From the NCBI GenBank assembly GCA_965223855.1, contig CBDCXM010000009.1:2432001-2496000 (forward strand): 64,000 nucleotides of DNA, written 5' to 3'. Shown here one piece after another: positions 18,247 to 28,520 of this stretch; the first letter of the stretch is position 1, and each line of letters opens with the position of its first letter. This stretch comes from Candidatus Multivoradales bacterium (lineage in GTDB: Bacteria > Acidobacteriota > Thermoanaerobaculia > Multivoradales > JAHEKO01). The position numbers were made by a program, and so were the translations under genes. The notes beneath the pieces were generated by a model that did not search any database, was not told the origin of the DNA, and saw only the letters and a list, made by a program, of their open reading frames with translations.

Positions 18247-19158
18247 ATGAAGACTCTCGAACGATGGTTGCCGGCGAGCGTGCCGCCGACTTCACTTCTG
18301 GTCCTGCTGATGGTGCCGGTGATGGCGACCTGCTCGGCGCTCGTCTGCCAGCCGCCGCGCGAGCTGTCGCCCTCGGAGCTGCGGCTGCTCTACGACTTCG
18401 AGGCGTCGGCTGCGCCGACGATTCTGTGCGAAGGTGATCCCCTTCGCGTTCGGTGGGAGATGAGCGCGACTGAGTTATGGGGTGACGGCCGCGACCTCTG
18501 CCCGACGCTCGAGGACTGCCCCGGCAGCCCGGACTACACGCCGCTCGCCAGCGTCGAGATCACCAGTTCTCCCGCCGGGCTGCTGGCCGCCGATCCCGTG
18601 CCCGCGGACGAGCTCGCCGGGGAGCGATCGGTGACCCCGACCGCATCGGGCGTCGTCAGGGCCGCGGCGACGCTGACCGATCGCAGGCGGGCGAGCACCG
18701 ACGCCAGGGACCTTCCCTTCGAGGTTCTCGACGCCGGCGTCGTCGACTACCGCCAGGTGCTCGTCGGGACCGGCGTCTGCCTCGAGGGCTCGCCACGTAG
18801 GCCCGGCTGGCTGGCGCCGTCGATCGATCGCGACACGCTCCTCGGCGAGAGTGTCGATCCGGTGTCTCTGTGCAACCTGACGCCGTTCGAGCAGATCCGC
18901 CTCCAGGTGCAATGGGACTCGGGGCCCGACACGGAGGGGATGGTGGCGCGCGGCGACTGCTATCCGTTCCTCGACGTGAGCGGCCTCGATCGGAGAGTGA
19001 GACGCGTCGTGCCCACCGTGGTCGATCCGACCGCTCTCGTGGGGACCGACTGCCCACCGCCTGCCGACGGCACGGTGGTCGGTGAGCCGCCGCGCCCCGA
19101 CCGGCCGCCGAGGGACTACCTGCTCGAGATCGAAGTCCGCTGCCGGATCGACCCCTAG
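18247..19158 (+). CDS. Exported Cys/Pro-rich hypothetical protein
   Basis: AAGGAG RBS; hydrophobic N-terminus followed by ATC (possible lipobox); multiple Cys. Confidence 0.6.
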   Translation: MKTLERWLPASVPPTSLLVLLMVPVMATCSALVCQPPRELSPSELRLLYDFEASAAPTILCEGDPLRVRWEMSATELWGDGRDLCPTLEDCPGSPDYTPLASVEITSSPAGLLAADPVPADELAGERSVTPTASGVVRAAATLTDRRRASTDARDLPFEVLDAGVVDYRQVLVGTGVCLEGSPRRPGWLAPSIDRDTLLGESVDPVSLCNLTPFEQIRLQVQWDSGPDTEGMVARGDCYPFLDVSGLDRRVRRVVPTVVDPTALVGTDCPPPADGTVVGEPPRPDRPPRDYLLEIEVRCRIDP

Positions 19159-19171
19159 CCTTCTCTGCGAC

Positions 19172-20656
19172 ATGGCACAACGCTGCAGGTGGGGTGCTGG
19201 TGCCGGCGGCGGTTGGGGGGCTCTTGCTGGCGCGTTGCTGTGCTGCCTGATCGCTGCTGCGTCGACAGCCGGCCGGTCGTCCGCCGACCGGTCGCCCGCC
19301 GGAGAGGGGCGCCCCAACTTCGTCCTCCTCATGACCGACGATCAGGCGTGGGACGCGGTGGGGCTGCTCGATCCCCTGGTGGACACACCGAACCTGGATC
19401 TCCTGGCCGCCTCCGGCGCACGGTTCGAGAATGCCTTCGTCTCGACCTCGATCTGCCCGGCGAGCCGGGCTTCGATCCTCACGGGGCTCTACTTTCCGGC
19501 CCACGGCTACACCTTCGACCAGCCTCCGCTGACGACTGCCGATCTCGCCGTGACGTGGCCGGCGCTGCTGCGAGCGAGTGGTTACCGGGTGGCGCTCATC
19601 GGCAAGAACGGCCTCGGCCTCGACGACCCGGCGCTCGACCAGCTCTTCGACGAATGGGAGACCTATCCTCGCGAGTACTTCCTCGACGACGGAGGTCGGG
19701 AGGTCCATCTCACCGATCTCCTCGCCGAGAAGGCGAGCGGGTTTGTCGCCCGCCAGGATGCCGATCAGCCGTTCGCACTCATCGTCTGGTTCCACGCCCC
19801 GCACGCTGTCGGAGGCTTTGCTGCCGAGCCGTTCGTGCCGCCGCGGCGCTACGAATCGCTCTACGACGGGATCGTCTTTCCTCGTCGGCCCGGTTCGAGC
19901 CCGGAGCAGTGGTTCGACCGCCCCGGCTTCTTCGACCGGGGGCTCAACCGCCAGCGGCGCGACCTGTGGTGGAGCGACGGGCGGTACCAGCACAACTCGC
20001 GCCGCTACCACGCCATGGTCCGTGGTGTCGACGATGCGGTCGGTGCCGTGATGAGCTCTCTGGCGAAGCACGGTCTCGCGGGCGACACGGTCATGATCTT
20101 CACCTCGGACAACGGCTTCTACCGCGGTGAGCGCCTCTTCGGCGGCAAATGGCTGGGGCACGACCCATCGAGCCGGGTACCCCTGTACGTCCGGCTCGCA
20201 CCTTCGAAGCCCCGCGTCTTCGACGAGCTCGTAGTCAACGTCGATCTGGCGCCGACGATCCTCGAACTGGCGGGCGAGGCCGCTCCGAGTGCCATGCAGG
20301 GGAGGAGCCTCGTGCCGCTGATGGTCGACGAGGAGGCGTCGTGGCGCGAGGACCTCTTCCTCGAACACAGCTACTCGCCGGCCGGGATGCCCGGGATTCC
20401 GCGCTTCTTCGGTGTCAGAAGTGAGCTGTGGAAGTACCTCTACTTCCCCGACCACGGGTACGAGGAGCTCTTCGACCTCCGCTCCGATCCTGCCGAGCTC
20501 CGCGACCTCGCGGGCGATCCGGACTTCGAGGAGGTTCGCCGGGAACTGCGCAGACGGGCGGAAGAGCTGCGCTTCGAACTCGGCGGTGACATCTTCCAGG
20601 ACGGATTCGAGGCGGGGGATACCTCGAGCTGGACAACGGTCGTACCAAGGCCGTGA
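19172..20656 (+). CDS. Secreted sulfatase with C-terminal IFQDGFEAGDTSSW tag
   Basis: RPNFVLLMTDD, TPNLD, CPASRASILTG, IGK, HAPH, IFTSDNG, GKW, NVDLAPT, ELFDL..DP.E. Confidence 0.92.
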   Translation: MAQRCRWGAGAGGGWGALAGALLCCLIAAASTAGRSSADRSPAGEGRPNFVLLMTDDQAWDAVGLLDPLVDTPNLDLLAASGARFENAFVSTSICPASRASILTGLYFPAHGYTFDQPPLTTADLAVTWPALLRASGYRVALIGKNGLGLDDPALDQLFDEWETYPREYFLDDGGREVHLTDLLAEKASGFVARQDADQPFALIVWFHAPHAVGGFAAEPFVPPRRYESLYDGIVFPRRPGSSPEQWFDRPGFFDRGLNRQRRDLWWSDGRYQHNSRRYHAMVRGVDDAVGAVMSSLAKHGLAGDTVMIFTSDNGFYRGERLFGGKWLGHDPSSRVPLYVRLAPSKPRVFDELVVNVDLAPTILELAGEAAPSAMQGRSLVPLMVDEEASWREDLFLEHSYSPAGMPGIPRFFGVRSELWKYLYFPDHGYEELFDLRSDPAELRDLAGDPDFEEVRRELRRRAEELRFELGGDIFQDGFEAGDTSSWTTVVPRP

Positions 20657-20672
20657 AAGGGCGGCTGGCTGT

Positions 20673-21830
20673 TCAGGGAGTGGCGTCGGCGGGGAGGGCC
20701 TCGGCTGGGGCTGTGGAGTCTCGGGCCGGGGCGGCACCGACCGAGACCGGCATCGAGATCCGCCGCGTGCCGCAAACGCTCGTCACCTCGACCGCGACCT
20801 CTCCGCCCTCGCCGTCCCAGTCGACGACGATCGACCGCATACCCTGTCCGGACACCAGTCTCGCGCCGGCAGGGAGCTCCCAGGAAAACGTACTCGCGGC
20901 GAAGGCGTTGCCAACCCGATAGACGACGCCGGTTTCCCCGGGGACGACCTCCCGGACTCCGTCGAGATGGGGGGAGTTGCCGTCCTGTACGCGAACGAAG
21001 TCGACCTCCAGCGTCTGGGGGAACGAGGTCGTAGCGTCCGGCGTTCCCGGCCAGTGTCCCCCAACGGCCACATTGAGGAGCAGGTGGAAACGCTCGTCGA
21101 AGGGCCACGGGTGCTCACCGAGGTCCGATGGAGTTCTGGTCGAGTAGAGGATGTCGTCGACCAGCCAGCGGATCACGCCGGGCTCGCGTTCGACGGCGAA
21201 GCGGTGGAAATCGTCGGCGAAGCTTCGTTCACCCGGAAGGGAGAAGCTGGTTCCGGTGAAGCGATGGTCGGGATGAGGAGTACCGAAGTGGAGGGTGCCG
21301 TGCACGGTCGACGGTTCCGAGCCGATGTTCTCCATGATGTCGATCTCTCCGCTCCGCGGCCAGCCGCCGAAAACCTCGTCCGTGGGTAGCATCCAGAAGG
21401 CGGGCCAGAGGCCCTGACCGCTCGTCATCCGAATCCGCGCTTCGACCCGGCCGAAGGTGAAGTCCCCGATCCCGCGAGTACGCAGTCGAGCCGAGGTGTA
21501 GTCGGAGCCGTGGTAGGGCTCGCTCTTCGCGATGATCCGCAGGCTGCCGCCCTCGACTTCGGCGTTCTCCGAACGGTAGTACTGGAGTTCGCCGTTGCCC
21601 CACCCGGCAGGGACGCCGTAGTCGGCTCCCGTCCCGATCATGAATTCCCACTTCGATGTGTCGACGGTCGTACCTTCGAACTCGTCGGCCCAGACGATCG
21701 AGGGGCACTGCCGGACAGCGCTCTGATCAATGGAGGCGGCCGTCGAGACCAGGGTCAAGATCGACACGACTACGACGAGCAGAGGTAGCCGTCGGTCGAG
21801 GGGGCGGTAGCGCGGAGGTTGGCAAGGCAC
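20673..21830 (-). CDS. GH16 beta-glucanase/laminarinase with C-terminal PKD-like domain
   Basis: WADEF, WGNGELQYY, YTSARL, GLWPAFWML, WPRSGEIDIME (catalytic ExDxxE), LLLNVAVGG.WPG. Start is approximate (GTG 21830). Confidence 0.9.
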   Translation of the reverse strand: MPCQPPRYRPLDRRLPLLVVVVSILTLVSTAASIDQSAVRQCPSIVWADEFEGTTVDTSKWEFMIGTGADYGVPAGWGNGELQYYRSENAEVEGGSLRIIAKSEPYHGSDYTSARLRTRGIGDFTFGRVEARIRMTSGQGLWPAFWMLPTDEVFGGWPRSGEIDIMENIGSEPSTVHGTLHFGTPHPDHRFTGTSFSLPGERSFADDFHRFAVEREPGVIRWLVDDILYSTRTPSDLGEHPWPFDERFHLLLNVAVGGHWPGTPDATTSFPQTLEVDFVRVQDGNSPHLDGVREVVPGETGVVYRVGNAFAASTFSWELPAGARLVSGQGMRSIVVDWDGEGGEVAVEVTSVCGTRRISMPVSVGAAPARDSTAPAEALPADATP

Positions 21831-22045
21831 GGTTCGTCGCCGGGACGTCTGGACAGCTTGCGGTGGCGGATCCGGATCGTTGGAGGGCCTCGCCCCGCGG
21901 TGTCCGGAGCATCCTAGCCCCGTTCCGGAGCGGGCTCGCTTCAGGAGCGCATGCGGCTCGCTCGACCGGTGCCGGCCGGGTCTTCTCGCGGCCCTACGTG
22001 AAGGAATCGATTGTCTTCCGTCGCCGGGTCCGAGAGCCTTTCCGC

Positions 22046-22861
22046 ATGCCACGCTTCCTTCATCTCACGACCGCCTGGGCCGTGGTGACGCTTCTCTTCA
22101 CCGGGCCAGGGCGACTCTTGGCTTCGGGCGCGGGGCCGAGCCTCCTGGTCTTCACCCGGACGGAGGGCTTCGACCATCCGTCGATCGTGGACGGCGTCAC
22201 GATGTTCGTGGAGTTGGCGGCGGCCCACGGTTTCACGGTTTCGGTGACCGACGAGACCGGTGAGTTCACCGACACGGGACTCGGCGCCTACGACGTCGTC
22301 GTCTGGCTTTCGACGACGGGGGACGTTCTCGACCCTCCCGAGGAGGCGGCGTTTCGCGCCTTCATCGAGCAGGGAGGCGGCTATCTGGGGATTCATGCGG
22401 CGGCCGATTGCGAGTACGGGTGGCCCTGGTACGGCGAGGAGATCCTCGGCAACGGAGCGTGGTTCGACTCGCATCCCGCGATTCAGGAGGCTCGCCTGCT
22501 GCTCGAGGGGGACGGCTCGCCGGCCCCGGGGAGTTGGGAGGGGGACACGCTCTTCACCGACGAGTGGTACAACTTCCGAGCCAATCCTCGAGACGTGGTC
22601 CAGGTGGTGCAGACGCTCGATGAGAGTTCCTACTCGGGGGGCAACATGGGCCCCGATCATCCGATCGCCTGGGCGCGCACCGTCCTGCTCGGGAGGGTCT
22701 TCTACACCGGCCTGGGCCATCGCTCGGAGACCTTCGCCGATCCGCGGTTCCGGGCGCAGATCGTCGATGCCGTCGGCTGGCTCAGCGGCGCAGGGTCGAG
22801 CATCTTCTCCGACGGCTTTGAAAGCGGTGACACCTCGGCCTGGGGCGCGACGACTCCCTGA
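22046..22861 (+). CDS. Secreted ThuA-domain (class I GATase-like) protein with C-terminal IFSDGFESGDTSAW tag
   Basis: LLVFTRTEGFDHPSI, STTGDVL, GGGYLGIHAAAD, DEWYNF, DHPIAW, GRVFYTGLGH. Confidence 0.9.
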   Translation: MPRFLHLTTAWAVVTLLFTGPGRLLASGAGPSLLVFTRTEGFDHPSIVDGVTMFVELAAAHGFTVSVTDETGEFTDTGLGAYDVVVWLSTTGDVLDPPEEAAFRAFIEQGGGYLGIHAAADCEYGWPWYGEEILGNGAWFDSHPAIQEARLLLEGDGSPAPGSWEGDTLFTDEWYNFRANPRDVVQVVQTLDESSYSGGNMGPDHPIAWARTVLLGRVFYTGLGHRSETFADPRFRAQIVDAVGWLSGAGSSIFSDGFESGDTSAWGATTP

Positions 22862-22930
22862 ACGGGTACACGGGTGCCGGGCCGCCCGTGCCTGATGCCC
22901 TGCTATCTTCGGGCGGTTCGATACACAGGG

Positions 22931-24190
22931 ATGATCTCGATGAAGCCGACAGGAAGACTCCTCGTTTCACTCCTCGTCGCGGCGACCGCTGCCGCCGCCT
23001 CCGAGCCCGCTCCGAGCCTCTTCACGCCGGTGGAAGGCCCCCTGGATCCGTCGTTGGCGAGCGTGGAGAGTCGACGAATCGCCGTCGAAGCAGCACTGCT
23101 GACGCCTGATCTCGACGAGGTGAGACTCGATCTGCCGGGTGTGGGGCCGGTCTTCGCCCGCCTGACGTCGTTCGAGGATCGGGGTGCCGGAGGGGTGACC
23201 TGGAGGGGCGTGCTGGCAGGAGAGGACGGAGGAGGGGTCACCCTCACCTCCCGACGCGGCTTCGTCGCGGGACTGGTGACCGGGCCGGTGGGAGTGTGGG
23301 AGATCCGAACGCTCGCCGACGGAGGGCAGGCGGTGGATCGGATCGACCAGGCGAGGTACCCCGTCTGTGGAACGCCGCAGCCGGCCCAGCCGGTTCCTTT
23401 TCTCGGCGACGTCGATCCCTGTCCTGCTCCGGTCGATCCGGTCGGCCAGGTCGATGTCCTGAGCCTCTACACGCCGCAGGCCCGCGACGCTTCGGGAGGC
23501 GTGCCGCAGATCGAGGCGCTGATCCAGGCGGCGGTCGACAACACCAACACCGCATTCCTCAACTCGGAGATGCCGATCCGCTTCCGTCTCGTCGGCACCG
23601 CGCTCGCCGATCACGACGACAGCGGCAACATCAGTACCGACCTCAACTGGCTGCGGAACGATTCGGAGGCGGCGGCTCTGAGGGACAGCGTTCGAGCGGA
23701 CCTGGTGTCGCTCATCACCCAGGACGGGGGCGGCTTCTGCGGCCTCGGCCAGCTGCCGCTCACCTGGGGGGCGGGGGGCAATCCGAACTCCGTCTTCCAG
23801 GTGACGGCGAGGGGTTGCGCCGTGGGGAATCTCTCCTACGCCCATGAGCACGGTCACAACATGGGGCTCGAGCACAACCCGCAGAACGCCAACCCCCCCG
23901 GGGCGGGCAGCTACCCCTACCGTTTCGGCCACTACGTCAACGGCTCCTACCGGACGGTGATGTCCTACTCGAGCCAGTGCACCAGCGGCTGTACGAGGGT
24001 GACGCAGTGGTCGAACCCCGAAGTCGTCTTCCTCGGCGAGCCGACCGGGCTCGAGGACCAGCGCGACAACCGGCGGGCGTCCGGGCTGACCGACGGTTGT
24101 GTGACCGACTACCGGCTCTCCGACCCGGCGATCTTCTCCGACGGCTTCGAGTCGGGCGACACCTCGGCCTGGTCGACTTCGCTGCCCTGA
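22931..24190 (+). CDS. Secreted M12/reprolysin-like (peptidyl-Asp type) metallopeptidase with C-terminal IFSDGFESGDTSAW tag
   Basis: HEHGHNMGLEH zinc motif, Met-turn RTVMSY, WSNP, prodomain with Cys; signal peptide (start 22931 or 22940). Confidence 0.9.
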   Translation: MISMKPTGRLLVSLLVAATAAAASEPAPSLFTPVEGPLDPSLASVESRRIAVEAALLTPDLDEVRLDLPGVGPVFARLTSFEDRGAGGVTWRGVLAGEDGGGVTLTSRRGFVAGLVTGPVGVWEIRTLADGGQAVDRIDQARYPVCGTPQPAQPVPFLGDVDPCPAPVDPVGQVDVLSLYTPQARDASGGVPQIEALIQAAVDNTNTAFLNSEMPIRFRLVGTALADHDDSGNISTDLNWLRNDSEAAALRDSVRADLVSLITQDGGGFCGLGQLPLTWGAGGNPNSVFQVTARGCAVGNLSYAHEHGHNMGLEHNPQNANPPGAGSYPYRFGHYVNGSYRTVMSYSSQCTSGCTRVTQWSNPEVVFLGEPTGLEDQRDNRRASGLTDGCVTDYRLSDPAIFSDGFESGDTSAWSTSLP

Positions 24191-24260
24191 ACCTCCGCCG
24201 CTCGGGGCGCCGTTCTGCCAGCGGTTCCGACCGCGGTTCCGCAAGAAAGCGGCCGGCGAC

Positions 24261-24288
24261 GTAATCTTTCCCCGATTGCGCCGTCGAA
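24261..24288 (+). promoter_or_regulatory. Possible ECF-type autoregulatory promoter (near-leaderless)
   Basis: GTAAT-N16-CGTCGAA immediately upstream of ATG 24297, which has no SD sequence. Confidence 0.35.
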
Positions 24289-24296
24289 CAGACTGT

Positions 24297-24902
24297 ATGG
24301 ACACTCTCGAACCCCGAACGTCCGATTCCTCCGAAGCCGGCGGAGCCAGCCGGGATCCCGGCGCTGGAGGCGAGGCCTCCGCGCCGGCGCGCTCGCTGGC
24401 GGCTCTCTACGAGGAGCACGCCCGCAATGTTCTGGCGGCCGCCTTCCGTGTTACCGGAAGTCGCCAGGATGCGGAAGATGTGCTGCAGACGGTCTTCCTC
24501 AGGCTTTCGCGTCGTTGGGACGGCCTCGAGCTGAGGGACTCCGTCGGCGGCTACCTGCACCGCGCCGCCGTCAACGGTTCGCTCGATCTGCTGCGCTCGC
24601 GTTCGCGAGCCGGCTCGGTGCCCCTCGACGACCTGGTCGTGGAGCTGCCCGAGACCGGCGAAGCGTCGGCCGAGCGGCAGCTCGAGGGACGGGAGTTCCG
24701 TCGCCGGCTGCGACAGGCACTCGTACGGTTGTCGGACAAGGCGGCGAGAGTCTTCGCGTTGCGGTACTTCGAAGGGCTCGGCAACACCGAGATCGCGACG
24801 ATGCTCGGGATGCCGAGGGTCTCGGTCGCGGTGACGCTGCACCGGGCGCGCAAACAACTACAGGTCGAACTGGCGCAGTTCGCTGAAGGTGAGGTCTCAT
24901 GA
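24297..24902 (+). CDS. ECF RNA polymerase sigma factor
   Basis: Region 2 DAEDVLQTVFLRL..YLHRAAVNGSLDLLR; region 4 VFALRYFEGLGNTEIATMLG..VAVTLHRARKQL. Confidence 0.93.
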   Translation: MDTLEPRTSDSSEAGGASRDPGAGGEASAPARSLAALYEEHARNVLAAAFRVTGSRQDAEDVLQTVFLRLSRRWDGLELRDSVGGYLHRAAVNGSLDLLRSRSRAGSVPLDDLVVELPETGEASAERQLEGREFRRRLRQALVRLSDKAARVFALRYFEGLGNTEIATMLGMPRVSVAVTLHRARKQLQVELAQFAEGEVS

Positions 24903-27598
24903 TGAACAGGAAGCCGACGATGAAAGAGCAGATGGATCTGGCAGCGAGTCAGATTCGCGCGAGCGAACTCGCGGAAGAGGACGTGCGCGAGATCACCCGA
25001 AGGGTGTGGCAACGGGTCGAGGATGGTTCGGCCGAGACCGTCGAGGCGGCACAGGTCGAGACGATCCGCGGTTGCGACGACTATCAGCGGCTCATCCCCG
25101 CTTTCGTGAACGGCAGCCTCTCGCCTTCCCGGGCGCTGCTGCTCGAGGACCACGCGCGTCAGTGCGTCCCCTGCCGTCGGGCGCTCTCCGGCGCCCGTTC
25201 GGGGGGTGCCGCCTCGGGCGGCCGCTCCGCGGCGAACGATCGGTCCCGGCGAGCGCCTCGAACGCGCTGGCTCGCGGCGGCGGCCGTCGCCGTCGTCGCC
25301 CTCGGCAGCGGGCTGCTGCTCTGGCGTTCCGGTTCGGCCCTGCCCTACGGTGCGATCGTCGAATCGACCGGTGCGGGGCTCTATCGCGCCGCGTCCCTCG
25401 AGCCGGTCGCCGTGGGCGATGAGCTGGCGGTCGGTGAGCGGCTCCGCAGCGGGCCGGGTGAGAGTTCGTTCCTGCGTCTGGCCGACGGTTCGAGAGTCGA
25501 GGTCCGAGGGCGCTCGGAGCTCTCCGTCGAAGCGCGACGTGGCACCACCGTGCGAGTCGAGCGCGGCGACGTGATCGTCGAAGCGGCGCCGCAGGGAGCG
25601 GGGAGGCTCTTCGTGTCGACCGCCGATTGTCTGGTGTCGGTGAAAGGGACGATCTTCGCCGTCAGCCGCGGGACTCGCGGCTCGCAGGTGGCGGTGATCG
25701 AGGGCGAAGTTCAGGTCGATCACGCGGGCCGCGAAGAGGTGCTCTACGCCGGCGATCGCACGGCGACGTACGCCGGTTTTTCGCACGGCCGTTTCGACGA
25801 GGCGTTCGAGTGGAGCCGCAACGTCGACAGCTACCTGGCGCTGCTCAAGGAGGTGACCGAGCTGCGGCAGGCGCTGGCACGCGACCTTCCTCGACCGGAA
25901 CTGCGTTACTCGAGTCGGCTGCTCGATCTGGCGCCCGACGGGATGGCCTTCTACGTCGCCCTGCCGAACTTCGCCGAGACGGTCAGCGAAGCGAACCGCA
26001 TCGTGCAGGAGCGGGTCGCCCAGAGCCCGGTGCTCAACGAGTGGTGGGCTTCGCGGCAGAGCGCCGAGGCGCGCACGCATCTCGCGACGGTCTCCGCCCT
26101 TCTCGCCGAGGTCGGCGGGTACCTCGGCGACGAGATCGTCGTCGCGGCGGCCGCCGGCCCGGAATCAGGGTCGAGCGGGAATCCGATGAAGGAAGGGCCT
26201 CTGGTGCTCGCCGAGCTGGTCGATGCGGCCTCGATGCGGCAGTTCGTCGAGGGGCTGGGCGTCGGTCACGAGGGCGCGGAAGGGGTGGTCTTCCTCGACG
26301 AGGACTCGCTGCTCGAAGAGGGCACGGCGGCGCGGGGCGGGTCCGGTCTCGTGATGTGGCTCGGCGACGACACCCTGATCGCCGCTCCTGATGCCGCAGT
26401 CGTGCGGGCTGCGGTAGCACGAATGGAGTCGACCTCGCGGCCGGTGCCTGAGGGCTTCAAGCGTCATCTGGCGGACGCCTATGCCGAGGGTGCCGAGATT
26501 CTGGTCGGCGCCGACCTTCACGCACTGATGGAGGTCGCCGGTCGCGACATCGGTGAGGAGCGCGAGGCTCTCGACCAGCTCGGATTGCTCGACGCGAGCC
26601 ATCTGATCCTGCAGCAGCGGCGCGTGGGCGAGCGCACGCAGAGCGACGCCGTGCTGGCGTTCGACGGACCCCGTCGTGGCCTGGCGGCGGCGCTTGCCGC
26701 GCCGGCGCCGATGGGCTCGCTCGCCTACGTCTCCCCGGACGCCAAGGTCGCGGCGGCGGCGATCCTCACCAGCCCGGCCGAGCTCTTCGACCGGATGCTG
26801 GCCCTCGCCGCACGAGACTCCGAAGCTGTGGCCGAGCTGCAGCGGATCGAGGCCGAACTCGGCGTCGACCTGCGCGACGACGTCGCGGCGGCGCTGGGAG
26901 GCGAACTGGCGGTCGCGCTCGACGGCCCTCTGCTCCCGGAGCCGGCCTGGAAGGTCGTTGCCGAGGTCTACGATCCCGACAAGCTGGTCTGGGCGCTGCA
27001 GCAGCTCTTGGCGGCAGCCAACGACGAGCGGGCTGCTCGCGGCGAGGAGCCGATCGAGTGGCTCGAGGAGGAGGTCGGTGGCCGTCTCTACCACCGCGTC
27101 GCGGGAGATCGGACGTTCGAGATGACCTTCGACGAGGGATATCTGGTCGCCGGATCGAATCGCGGCGTCATCGAGCGCGCCATCCGCTTCCGGCAGTCGG
27201 GCTACTCGCTGACGACCTCGGCGCGCTTCTCGCGCCTGCTGCCGGCCGGCAGTCAGCCGAACTTCTCGGCTCTCTTCTACCAGGACGCTCTGGAGCTCCT
27301 GAAGCCGCTGGCCGACCGCATCGCCACGGGCGGGCTCACCGACGAGCAGGCTGCGGCGATCGAAGAGCTGCGGCAGAGCACCGAGCCGACGCTGGCCTAC
27401 GCTATCGGTGAAGACGATCGCATCGTGTTCGCCGTCGACGGGGTAGCGGACCTGCTGGCGGCCGGGATTCCGGCCCTTCTGGGATTCGGCGATCTCGGCG
27501 CCTTCGGCGTCGCCCTCGACGATGCCGAGACGGGAGCGAGCACAAGCGTGGAGGCGCGAGCGGGGCAGGGTGGAACCCTGGCTCGTCCGGCGGCGTAG
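24899..27598 (+). CDS. Large anti-sigma factor: ZAS zinc motif, TM helix, FecR domain and large DUF3352-like periplasmic domain
   Basis: HARQCVPC (HxxxCxxC); one TM; [27 protein letters not shown]; about 550 aa C-terminal alpha/beta region; ATGA overlap with the sigma gene. Confidence 0.8.
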   Translation: MMNRKPTMKEQMDLAASQIRASELAEEDVREITRRVWQRVEDGSAETVEAAQVETIRGCDDYQRLIPAFVNGSLSPSRALLLEDHARQCVPCRRALSGARSGGAASGGRSAANDRSRRAPRTRWLAAAAVAVVALGSGLLLWRSGSALPYGAIVESTGAGLYRAASLEPVAVGDELAVGERLRSGPGESSFLRLADGSRVEVRGRSELSVEARRGTTVRVERGDVIVEAAPQGAGRLFVSTADCLVSVKGTIFAVSRGTRGSQVAVIEGEVQVDHAGREEVLYAGDRTATYAGFSHGRFDEAFEWSRNVDSYLALLKEVTELRQALARDLPRPELRYSSRLLDLAPDGMAFYVALPNFAETVSEANRIVQERVAQSPVLNEWWASRQSAEARTHLATVSALLAEVGGYLGDEIVVAAAAGPESGSSGNPMKEGPLVLAELVDAASMRQFVEGLGVGHEGAEGVVFLDEDSLLEEGTAARGGSGLVMWLGDDTLIAAPDAAVVRAAVARMESTSRPVPEGFKRHLADAYAEGAEILVGADLHALMEVAGRDIGEEREALDQLGLLDASHLILQQRRVGERTQSDAVLAFDGPRRGLAAALAAPAPMGSLAYVSPDAKVAAAAILTSPAELFDRMLALAARDSEAVAELQRIEAELGVDLRDDVAAALGGELAVALDGPLLPEPAWKVVAEVYDPDKLVWALQQLLAAANDERAARGEEPIEWLEEEVGGRLYHRVAGDRTFEMTFDEGYLVAGSNRGVIERAIRFRQSGYSLTTSARFSRLLPAGSQPNFSALFYQDALELLKPLADRIATGGLTDEQAAAIEELRQSTEPTLAYAIGEDDRIVFAVDGVADLLAAGIPALLGFGDLGAFGVALDDAETGASTSVEARAGQGGTLARPAA

Positions 27599-27605
27599 AG
27601 AAGGC

Positions 27606-28520
27606 ATGGCCCCGGTCCTCGAGCTCGAAGACCTGACCGTCCGGTTCGGTCGCCTGGAGGCGCTGTCGCACCTGAGCGGCAGCTTCTCCGCTCGGGCGTT
27701 GGGACTCCTCGGTCCAAACGGGGCCGGCAAGACGACGCTGATTCACACCCTGCTCGGCTTCCACTCCCCGGCCGGCGGCTCGGCGAAGCTGCTCGGGCAC
27801 GATGTCGCGACACAGGCACACCGGACCCGGTCGCTCATCGGCTACATGCCGGAGCGCGACAGCTTCATCGAGGGGATGAGTGCCGTTCGCCTGGTGAGGA
27901 TGATGGGGGAGCTCTCCGGCCTGCCGAGGGCCGCGGCGCTCGAGCGGGCCCACGAGGCGCTCTACTGCGTCGGCCTCGGGGAAGCTCGTTATCGCAACCT
28001 CGAAACCTATTCGCTCGGCATGAAGCAACGCGCGAAGCTGGCGCAGGCGATGGTTCACGGCCCGCGGCTGCTGTTTCTCGACGAGCCGACGAACGGCCTC
28101 GACCCGCCGGCGCGCGAGCAGATGGTGCGGCTGATTCGCGAGATCCGCGACAGTGGGGACGTGAGGATCGTCCTGTCGTCGCACCTGCTGCGGGACGTCG
28201 AAGAGTGCTGTGACGAGGTGCTGATCCTCAAGCAGGGACGGGTCGCCCACCACTGCAGTCTGGAGGCCGAGCGGCGCGAGAACCGCAAGTTCCTGCAGGT
28301 CCAGATCCGCGGAGACCGGGAGAGCTTCGTCGAGCGATTGACCGGCCTCGGATGCGAGTGTGCGATCGACGACAAGCAGCGGATCCGGCTGGTACTGCCG
28401 CCGCAGGTCGAGGTGCGAGCGCTCTATGAGACCGCCGGCTCGATCGGGGCGCAGATCCGTCACCTCGACTACAAGCGCGACTCGCTGCAGGACATTTTCC
28501 TGCAGGCGATGGAGAACTGA
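27606..28520 (+). CDS. ABC transporter ATP-binding protein
   Basis: [30 protein letters not shown]. Confidence 0.95.
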   Translation: MAPVLELEDLTVRFGRLEALSHLSGSFSARALGLLGPNGAGKTTLIHTLLGFHSPAGGSAKLLGHDVATQAHRTRSLIGYMPERDSFIEGMSAVRLVRMMGELSGLPRAAALERAHEALYCVGLGEARYRNLETYSLGMKQRAKLAQAMVHGPRLLFLDEPTNGLDPPAREQMVRLIREIRDSGDVRIVLSSHLLRDVEECCDEVLILKQGRVAHHCSLEAERRENRKFLQVQIRGDRESFVERLTGLGCECAIDDKQRIRLVLPPQVEVRALYETAGSIGAQIRHLDYKRDSLQDIFLQAMEN

